This document shows positions 1-5,048 of a DNA stretch of 5,048 nt, piece by piece. Origin of the DNA: a bacterium. Its GTDB lineage: Bacteria > UBA6262 > WVXT01. The translations under genes were made by a program, and so were the position numbers. The stretch covers positions 1-5,048 of the forward strand of contig JBHIBS010000076.1 of the NCBI GenBank assembly GCA_046759165.1, read 5' to 3'. The notes beneath the pieces are model-generated. The model made no database searches. It was not told the origin of the DNA and saw only the letters and a program-made list of their open reading frames with translations. The stretch's first letter is position 1. Each line of letters starts with the position of its first letter.

Positions 1-1065
1 CTATTCTCTGAAGATGGAGTCAGAACTCTTTCTGATTCTCAAGCCCGGATAAAATTTATAAAGGGGGAGATTGTAAGGCTAGGTGAGAACTCATTGATTA
101 TCCTGAGACCGGAAAAGAAAGAGGAGACAGTGCAGCTACTTTCCGGAGAGTTGAGAGCCTCAGAGGCAAAGGTTCTCACTGCTTCTGCAGTAATTGAGCC
201 CCAAATCTCACCTACGCTCGTCAAACCAGACTTCAAGGCAAAGATAAAAGAGGATAAGACAACCTTGGTATCTGTTTACAAGGGGAAAGTAGACCTCATA
301 GCCCAGGGAGAGAGAGTGACAATTCCTGAAGGATTTATGTCTCAGGCAAAATTGAATTATGTTCCGGAAAAACCAATCGCCCTGCCGCCTCCGCCTGACC
401 TGGGACAGGCTGAGGAGGAGCTGGCAAAGGAACCAACTGCTGCTGAGCTACCCGAAGAGGAAAAGTTAGAAGAAAAGATTAACCTGGAGGAGAGCCTTGC
501 CGAGCTCGATTTCTCTGAAAAGAAGAGGAGACTGGCGATAAAATATCTCCATCTTCAGGTCGCTTCTGATCCCGAATTTAATGATATCCTGGAAGACAAG
601 AAATTGGAAAGTATCGAAGGGTACCAGAGGAGTAGACTTCCCGACGGTAAATATTTCTGGAGAATCTCTTATATTTATGAAGGCGAGTTCGAGAGTGAAT
701 ATTCGCTAGTCAGAAGTTTCCTAGTTCATACTATTCCTCCTGGGTTAGAGGTGTCTTCTCCCCGAGAAGGGGAAAAAATTGGAGATGAATTTGTTAAAGT
801 GAGAGGGAGGACAGAAAAAGATTGCAGAGTAATAGTGAACGATAAGCCCGTGTATGTTGATGAGAAAGGAGATTTTGTCGCTGTAGTATATTTGAGCCTG
901 GGGAAGAACGTAATCAGTGTTCAGTCCCAAGACAAATATGGCACTTTAGCTATAGTAAAGAGAGAGGTGGAAGTAGTCCCTCCGAAGGAGGGAGCTTTCT
1001 GGCATAAGGCAGGATTTGCGATAACAATGGGTGTGATTGCAATCATTCTAGTGAGTATCCTTTAA
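1..1065 (+). CDS. FecR-domain protein with Pro/Glu-rich linker, beta-rich Ig/FN3-like domains and C-terminal transmembrane anchor (5'-truncated by window edge)
   Basis: Frame +1 is open from base 1 (LFSEDGVRTLSDSQARIKFIKGEIVRLGENSLIIL...), upstream of the ORF-track start at 94. This N-terminal segment plus TTLVSVYKGKVDL resembles a FecR domain. It is followed by a PPPPD linker, YFWRISY (FN3-like), an Ig-like segment (PPGLEVSSPREG...VRGRTEKD...GDF...LSLGKNVISVQSQD) and a hydrophobic C-terminus (GFAITMGVIAIILVSIL). Stop TAA at 1063-1065. Confidence 0.75.
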   Translation, partial: LFSEDGVRTLSDSQARIKFIKGEIVRLGENSLIILRPEKKEETVQLLSGELRASEAKVLTASAVIEPQISPTLVKPDFKAKIKEDKTTLVSVYKGKVDLIAQGERVTIPEGFMSQAKLNYVPEKPIALPPPPDLGQAEEELAKEPTAAELPEEEKLEEKINLEESLAELDFSEKKRRLAIKYLHLQVASDPEFNDILEDKKLESIEGYQRSRLPDGKYFWRISYIYEGEFESEYSLVRSFLVHTIPPGLEVSSPREGEKIGDEFVKVRGRTEKDCRVIVNDKPVYVDEKGDFVAVVYLSLGKNVISVQSQDKYGTLAIVKREVEVVPPKEGAFWHKAGFAITMGVIAIILVSIL

Positions 1066-1075
1066 GGGATAAGAG

Positions 1076-1900
1076 ATGGCTAAGAAAGTGCTTATTGTGG
1101 ATAGCGATATTGATGCTAGGTTCTTAGTGAAGGTACATTTGAGAAGATTCGATGTTGAGTTTATCGAAGCCAGAGATGGAGAGTCGGGACTGGAACTCGC
1201 CCGGTCGCAGAAGCCAAACTTAATTGTGATGGATTATGTTCTGCCCAAGTTGAGCGGTTACGAAATGGTGAAGAGAATTCGGAAAGATGAAGCTACCAGA
1301 GGGGTCCCCATAATTATAGCTACAATAGCCGGGTTCAACTTGCAGATGAAGGAATTGAATATTGTGGAGTATCTTCCCAAGCCCTTCTCTCGAGCACAAT
1401 TCTTAAGAGCGGCGAAGAAAGCATTGGGAGAGATGCGCCTCAAAAGAGAGGAAACTAGACCAATCTCTACAGGTGCTGAAACTCCAAAGGGAGTGCCTCT
1501 CCCCAAACAGAAAGTGGAGGCTCCAGCCAAAATGGAAAAGATTGTTGTAGCTGATGACGAAGAAAATGTGAGAGAGTTACTGAAAAATTTACTTAAAGAT
1601 AGATATCGAATAATTCTGGCTAGAGATGGGCTGGAGTTGGTAGAAAAAGTCGAAAAAGAGAGACCGGACTTAATCATCTGTGATGTGATTATGCCCGGGA
1701 AGAGCGGTTATAAGGGGATTAAGAAATTGAGGGAAAAGCCTGAATTTCTCAACCTGCCAGTAATCTTCAATTCGGGCGTAGTTAAAGATAGAGAGTTATA
1801 CGAGACCTTAAAGCCAGAAGGACCGAGCTATTTCATGCGCAAGCCGTTCGAAAAGAAGGTCCTTTTAGAAAAAATAGAAGAAATGTTGAATAAAAAATAG
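1076..1900 (+). CDS. Response regulator with two tandem receiver (REC) domains and no output domain
   Basis: REC1: KVLIVDSD...PNLIVMDYVLPKLSG...IIIAT...YLPKPF. REC2: KIVVADDE...PDLIICDVIMPGKSG...VIFNS...FMRKPF. They are joined by a Pro/Lys-rich linker. Purine-rich RBS (AAGGGATAAGAG) upstream, 10 nt after the previous stop. Confidence 0.9.
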   Translation: MAKKVLIVDSDIDARFLVKVHLRRFDVEFIEARDGESGLELARSQKPNLIVMDYVLPKLSGYEMVKRIRKDEATRGVPIIIATIAGFNLQMKELNIVEYLPKPFSRAQFLRAAKKALGEMRLKREETRPISTGAETPKGVPLPKQKVEAPAKMEKIVVADDEENVRELLKNLLKDRYRIILARDGLELVEKVEKERPDLIICDVIMPGKSGYKGIKKLREKPEFLNLPVIFNSGVVKDRELYETLKPEGPSYFMRKPFEKKVLLEKIEEMLNKK

Positions 1901-1923
1901 CTTGTTTATCGCTCAAGAATCTC

Positions 1924-1952
1924 TTGACGCCAAAATCTTCACAAACTATCTT
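1924..1952 (+). promoter_or_regulatory. Putative sigma70-type promoter
   Basis: TTGACG (1924-1929), 17-nt spacer, TATCTT (1947-1952), in intergenic DNA upstream of the tRNA-Arg gene. Predicted start ~1959-1960. Confidence 0.55.
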
Positions 1953-1992
1953 TCAAACGGCAGGAGTGGCGGAGCGACAGTTCCGCGCCAAC

Positions 1993-2020
1993 GTAGGGGT
2001 TCGATTTATCGAACCCTTTT
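1993..2020 (+). repeat. GTAG-tagged palindrome (REP-like); also shaped like an intrinsic terminator
   Basis: GTAG (1993-1996) is immediately followed by the perfect inverted repeat GGGTTCGAT (1997-2005)/ATCGAACCC (2008-2016), then TTTT. Only one copy is in the window, so repeat status is inferred from the architecture. Confidence 0.45.
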
Positions 2021-2071
2021 CCAAACCCTCTTGGTTTGCTTTCGCTAAGGCAGAAGAATTGATATAGTTAT

Positions 2072-2143
2072 GGGCTCATAGCTCAACGGAGAGAGCACAG
2101 GGTTGCGGACCCTGGGGTGAGGGTTCGATTCCCTCTGAGCCCT
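2072..2143 (+). tRNA. tRNA-Arg(GCG)
   Basis: Full cloverleaf: acceptor GGGCTCA/TGAGCCC, D arm GCTC-AACGGAGA-GAGC (A20 Arg identity element), anticodon arm CAGGG-TT[GCG]GA-CCCTG (anticodon 2105-2107), T arm GAGGG-TTCGATT-CCCTC. CCA not encoded. Confidence 0.95.
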
Positions 2144-2163
2144 TAAATTCATAGGGATTGGGC

Positions 2164-2610
2164 GTGAAGATTTTCTTAATCTTTGCAAATGGGATATGTG
2201 CCGGATGGGCGGGGCTCGTATTCCTCTATTTTCTTAAATACAATTTCATTTCCTGGGCTATGGTGGATGTCTCTTCCATCATCCAGCTCTTTGCAGTATT
2301 TGCTCTAATCTTCGGGAAGAGAATATTAATGAATATTTCCATCCCTTTCCTTCTATTCTATGGAACAGAGGGATTTTTTGTTTACAATTGGTCTTTAAGG
2401 ATGATTCCTGCCCAGATAAGCCGCTCCATAATGGTCCTGACAGCTCTCTATATTATCTACCTTATGATTACGCGCTGGGAGATAGGGAAGTTGGCCATCG
2501 GGATTATGCTCGGAATTATACTCTTTGTACCATTTAGAATATGCGAGACTTACTATTTGAAGACCCATCCAGAAGTTAAGAGTTATTTCGAATTTTTTGA
2601 GGGTAAGTAA
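2164..2610 (+). CDS. Hypothetical integral membrane protein (~4-5 TM segments)
   Basis: Hydrophobic ORF filling the gap between two tRNAs. GTG at 2164 has AGGGA (2153-2157) 6 nt upstream, so it is preferred over the ORF-track TTG at 2158. Stop TAA at 2608-2610. No family recognised. Confidence 0.7.
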   Translation: MKIFLIFANGICAGWAGLVFLYFLKYNFISWAMVDVSSIIQLFAVFALIFGKRILMNISIPFLLFYGTEGFFVYNWSLRMIPAQISRSIMVLTALYIIYLMITRWEIGKLAIGIMLGIILFVPFRICETYYLKTHPEVKSYFEFFEGK

Positions 2611-2615
2611 TTTAT

Positions 2616-2703
2616 GGAGAGATGCCGGAGTGGTTGAACGGGGCGGTCTCGAAAACCGCTATCCCGATTTTTGGGATCGGAGGTTCGAATCCTCCTCTCT
2701 CCG
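2616..2703 (+). tRNA. tRNA-Ser(CGA)
   Basis: Acceptor GGAGAGA/TCTCTCC, discriminator G, D arm CCG...CGG, anticodon arm GCGGT-CT[CGA]AA-ACCGC (anticodon 2650-2652), long variable arm ATCCC...GGGAT, T arm GGAGG-TTCGAAT-CCTCC. CCA not encoded. Confidence 0.97.
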
Positions 2704-2841
2704 TTTGATTCACAGGAAGGATTCGAAGCGAGCGAGCGCCGAGGTCACCCGAGGAGGAGCGAAGGATGAGCGGCAGCGAGTGAGCCGGCTCTGAGGTTCT
2801 GGGAGGAAGGGGAGAACCGAAGAGGAATCCTCCTCTCTCCG
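2704..2841 (+). repeat. tRNA-linked structured repeat, module A copy 1 (ends in a duplicate of the tRNA-Ser(CGA) 3' end)
   Basis: 31-bp exact direct repeat at 2687-2717 and 2825-2855 (GAATCCTCCTCTCTCCGTTTGATTCACAGGA), period 138 bp. The body 2704-2824 aligns without gaps to 3779-3899 (about 95/121 identical by hand count). Confidence 0.9.
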
Positions 2842-2864
2842 TTTGATTCACAGGAGGGGTCGCT

Positions 2865-2934
2865 GGAGCGACGAGTAAGGAGCTCCGCCTTAGCGACGGG
2901 CGCGAGACGGTGAGCGCCCCGGGTCCGAAGCGAA
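2865..2934 (+). repeat. Structured repeat, module B copy 1
   Basis: 70 bp, 65/70 identical to 3944-4013. Hairpins GGAGC/GCTCC (2865-2886) and GGGCGC/GCGCCC (2898-2919). Confidence 0.9.
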
Positions 2935-2953
2935 TGAGTGGGGGAGGAATAGG

Positions 2954-3676
2954 ATGAGAAGCGGCGCAAAAAATTTCTTAATCCCATTTTTTACTTCTAT
3001 TCTTGTTTCGGCACTGGTCTGTTTTCTTTTCTTTCTTTACGGCATCCCCTTTCTGGAGAAGGTGGAAGTGCCGGATGTGAGGAGGGCAACCCTTAACCAA
3101 GGCAGGCTTATTCTGGAAAGTAGAAGACTTTTCTTGCTTGTGGAGTCCGAAAGAGAAGACCCCTCTATTCCTCAAGGCTCAATTATCAATCAGAGTCCTC
3201 TTCCAGGCTCTGTTGTCAGAAGAGGCACACCGATAACCGTTGTGCTCAGTAAGGGTAAGAAGGTGCTGGCTATCCCCAATCTCTCCTCGGTTCCCCTGGA
3301 AGAGGCACGCAGGAGATTAGAGGAGATGGGGCTTAGAGTGGGTAGTATAACCAAGCAGCTTTCCGATTCTATTGCCAAGGGTTCCATAATTTCCACCTTT
3401 CCTTCTCCCAATTCAATAGTGAAAGAAGGGACAATAATAGACCTCATCTTGAGTAGAGGCAAGGAGGAAATTGTCGTGCCCAATGTTCTTGGCAGAAGGT
3501 TAGGAGCAGCAAAGGGGATTTTAGAGAGGGCGGGCTTGAAAGTAGGTCAGATAGACTATGTATGCGATATAGAGAAATTATTCGATATCATTTTGGGGCA
3601 AAATCCGAGGCCCGGAAAGAGAGTCCCTATATCGACACGTGTGAACCTTACCATAAATGCTGAAGAGGAAGAATGA
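2954..3676 (+). CDS. PASTA-domain membrane protein (N-terminal TM plus three PASTA repeats, no kinase domain)
   Basis: GGAGG RBS at 2943-2947. N-terminal hydrophobic helix. Three repeats: VEVPDVRR...GSIINQSPLPG...VVLSKG, AIPNLSS...GSIISTFPSP...LILSRG and VVPNVLG...ILGQNPRPG...VNLTIN. Confidence 0.92.
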   Translation: MRSGAKNFLIPFFTSILVSALVCFLFFLYGIPFLEKVEVPDVRRATLNQGRLILESRRLFLLVESEREDPSIPQGSIINQSPLPGSVVRRGTPITVVLSKGKKVLAIPNLSSVPLEEARRRLEEMGLRVGSITKQLSDSIAKGSIISTFPSPNSIVKEGTIIDLILSRGKEEIVVPNVLGRRLGAAKGILERAGLKVGQIDYVCDIEKLFDIILGQNPRPGKRVPISTRVNLTINAEEEE

Positions 3677-3690
3677 CAGGAGAGTCCGAT

Positions 3691-3777
3691 GGAGAGGTGT
3701 CCGAGTGGCCGAAGGAGTACGCCTGGAGAGCGTATGAACGGGAAACCGTTCCGTGGGTTCGAATCCCACCCTCTCCG
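3691..3777 (+). tRNA. tRNA-Ser(GGA)
   Basis: Acceptor GGAGAGG/CCTCTCC, discriminator G, D arm TCC...GGA, anticodon arm TACGC-CT[GGA]GA-GCGTA (anticodon 3725-3727), variable arm GAACGG-GAAA-CCGTTC, T arm GTGGG-TTCGAAT-CCCAC. CCA not encoded. Confidence 0.97.
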
Positions 3778-3916
3778 GTTTGATTCACAGGAGGGATTCG
3801 AAGGCCGCGAACGCCGACCTTGTGGGAGGAAGAGCACTGGAAGTGCGGCAGTGAGCGGGCAGGCTCTGAGATTCTGGGAGTGAAGGGAGAACCGAAGAGG
3901 AATCCCACCCTCTCCG
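3778..3916 (+). repeat. tRNA-linked structured repeat, module A copy 2 (ends in a duplicate of the tRNA-Ser(GGA) 3' end)
   Basis: 17-bp exact direct repeat GAATCCCACCCTCTCCG at 3761-3777 and 3900-3916, period 139 bp. The body is homologous to 2704-2824. Confidence 0.9.
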
Positions 3917-3943
3917 AGAAAAAGGGGTCAGAGTCATTTTTTA

Positions 3944-4034
3944 GGAGCGACGAATAAGGAGCTCCATGTTAGCGACGGGCGCGAGATGGTGAGCGCCCCG
4001 GGTCCGAAGCGAAGGAGCGCCGAGGTCATCCGAG
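3944..4034 (+). repeat. Structured repeat, module B copy 2, running into a partial module A
   Basis: 3944-4013 matches 2865-2934 (65/70). 4005-4034 matches 2724-2753 (27/30). Confidence 0.85.
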
Positions 4035-4059
4035 AAAAAGCGCGGAGGGAGACAGTAGA

Positions 4060-4911
4060 ATGGGTAAGAAAAAGAGTGTCCTTGATTTTTGTAAGATGAA
4101 AAAAGGCAGAGAAAAGATTACATTTCTCACATGTTATGATTATCCTACTGCTACTTTTGCTGAGAAGGCTGGTTTAGATATGCTTTTGGTTGGCGATTCG
4201 TTGGGTATGGTTGTTTATGGATATGAAGGTACCATACCAGTAACAATGGAGCAGATGATTGTTCATGCAGAAGCTGTCCGCAGAGGAGCTCCCAATACCT
4301 TTGTTATTGGCGACATGCCATTTATGTCATACCAGGAATCTGTAGATAAGGCAATATATAATGCCGGGAGATTTTATAAAGAAGCAAATGTGGATGCTAT
4401 CAAACTTGAAGGTGGAAGGAGAGTAATTAATCAAATTAAAGGGATTGTAGATGCAGGAATGGTACTAATGGGACATATTGGCTTGACTCCTCAAAGTTCA
4501 GGTCAGTTAGGAGGATTCAAAGCTCAGGGTAGAACTGCTAAGAGTGCTATGGAGTTAATTTTGGATGCGAAGGCGATTGAGGAAGCAGGTGCTTTTGCTA
4601 TTTTGCTTGAGGCTATACCGCCAGAGGTAGGAAAGATTATCACAGAAAGAAATCAGATACCTGTTTTAAGTATTGGCGCAGGAATTGATTGTGATGGTCA
4701 AGTGCTGATTGTTGGTGATATGTTAGGATTGTCTGAAGCATTCACTCCTAAATTTGTGAAGAAATATGCTTCTTTGAGTAATGATATTACAAAAGCATTT
4801 AGGGAATATATACAGGATGTAAAGGAAGAGAAGTTTCCAGAAGAGAAACACGTATACAAAATGGAACCAGGTGAGAGAGAAAAACTTGAGGAATTGGTCT
4901 CAGACATATAA
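4060..4911 (+). CDS. panB: 3-methyl-2-oxobutanoate hydroxymethyltransferase (ketopantoate hydroxymethyltransferase)
   Basis: Hallmark motifs LTCYDY, LLVGDSLGMVVYG, GDMPFMSY, AIKLEGG, MGHIGLTPQS, GGFKAQGRT, IGAGIDCDGQVL and PKFVKKY. GGAGGGAG RBS upstream. Confidence 0.98.
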   Translation: MGKKKSVLDFCKMKKGREKITFLTCYDYPTATFAEKAGLDMLLVGDSLGMVVYGYEGTIPVTMEQMIVHAEAVRRGAPNTFVIGDMPFMSYQESVDKAIYNAGRFYKEANVDAIKLEGGRRVINQIKGIVDAGMVLMGHIGLTPQSSGQLGGFKAQGRTAKSAMELILDAKAIEEAGAFAILLEAIPPEVGKIITERNQIPVLSIGAGIDCDGQVLIVGDMLGLSEAFTPKFVKKYASLSNDITKAFREYIQDVKEEKFPEEKHVYKMEPGEREKLEELVSDI

Positions 4912-4995
4912 ATTCTTTAGTATTTTTTCCGATTTTTTTGAAAAAATAGAGTCCTTGCGAGAAGAAGGTATTTTTAGTAAGGGACGGTTGAATAG

Positions 4996-5048
4996 ATGAA
5001 AAAATTTAAGAAAATTCTGCTTATCCTTATTCTTCTTTTGCTACTTTT
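4996..5048 (+). CDS. Start of a secreted or membrane protein (3'-truncated by window edge)
   Basis: ATG at 4996 gives MKKFKKILLILILLLLL..., a basic n-region plus hydrophobic h-region typical of a signal peptide. The frame is open to the window end. Confidence 0.65.
   Translation, partial: MKKFKKILLILILLLLL

Noticed and set aside
2060..2068. Extended -10 promoter TGATATAGT before tRNA-Arg
   Set aside because: It lies only 3 nt from the mature tRNA 5' end and has no well-spaced -35. Possible, but not supportable.
2687..2855. CRISPR array (31-bp direct repeat)
   Set aside because: There are only two copies, the intervening sequence is 107 bp and homologous to another locus, the repeat is a tRNA 3' end, and no cas genes are present.
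2597..2987. ORFs 2597..2794 (+), 2612..2851 (-) and 2745..2987 (-)
   Set aside because: They overlap tRNA-Ser(CGA) and the GC-rich repeats. The internal NQTERGGF repeat simply reflects the DNA duplication.
3556..3908. ORFs 3556..3837, 3578..3769 and 3648..3908 (-), and 3689..3883 (+); the peptide similarity GFLFGSP..PR.SEPA.SLP to 2612..2851
   Set aside because: They overlap tRNA-Ser(GGA) or the PASTA gene. The similarity follows from the DNA repeat, whose substitutions preserve base pairing rather than codons.
2704..3916. Genomic island or composite transposon carrying the PASTA gene between the repeats
   Set aside because: Each tRNA-end duplication closes within 138-139 bp of its own tRNA, so no att pair spans the PASTA gene. 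No integrase or transposase is present.
39..4907. Antisense ORFs 39..236, 745..930, 1258..1677, 2978..3175, 3190..3483 and 4698..4907
   Set aside because: These are shadow frames opposite well-supported + strand genes, with no recognisable motifs.
4060..4911. panB appears more AT-rich at third codon positions than the PASTA gene (possible horizontal acquisition)
   Set aside because: This is a visual impression only, not quantified, and no mobility signature supports it.
4921..4948. Terminator after panB (TATTTTTTC...GAAAAAATA)
   Set aside because: The stem is almost entirely A/T and imperfect, with no downstream U-tract, so it is too weak to call.

Overview
Bacterial chromosomal window with every supported gene on the + strand. 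In order: a 5'-truncated FecR/Ig-like protein with a C-terminal membrane anchor, a tandem receiver (REC-REC) protein, tRNA-Arg(GCG), a small membrane protein, tRNA-Ser(CGA), a triple-PASTA membrane protein, tRNA-Ser(GGA), panB, and the start of a signal-peptide protein. The most unusual content is non-coding. Both tRNA-Ser genes are followed by homologous ~138-139 bp elements (module A). Each ends in an exact copy of its own host tRNA's 3' end, begins with an antisense copy of that tRNA's T-loop/T-stem, and folds into a covarying, strand-specific branched structure rich in tandem G·A pairs. Each is followed by a second conserved 70-bp structured repeat (module B). These look like a family of tRNA-targeted, non-autonomous structured mini-elements. 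No cognate enzyme is encoded in the window, and novelty cannot be confirmed without database searches.
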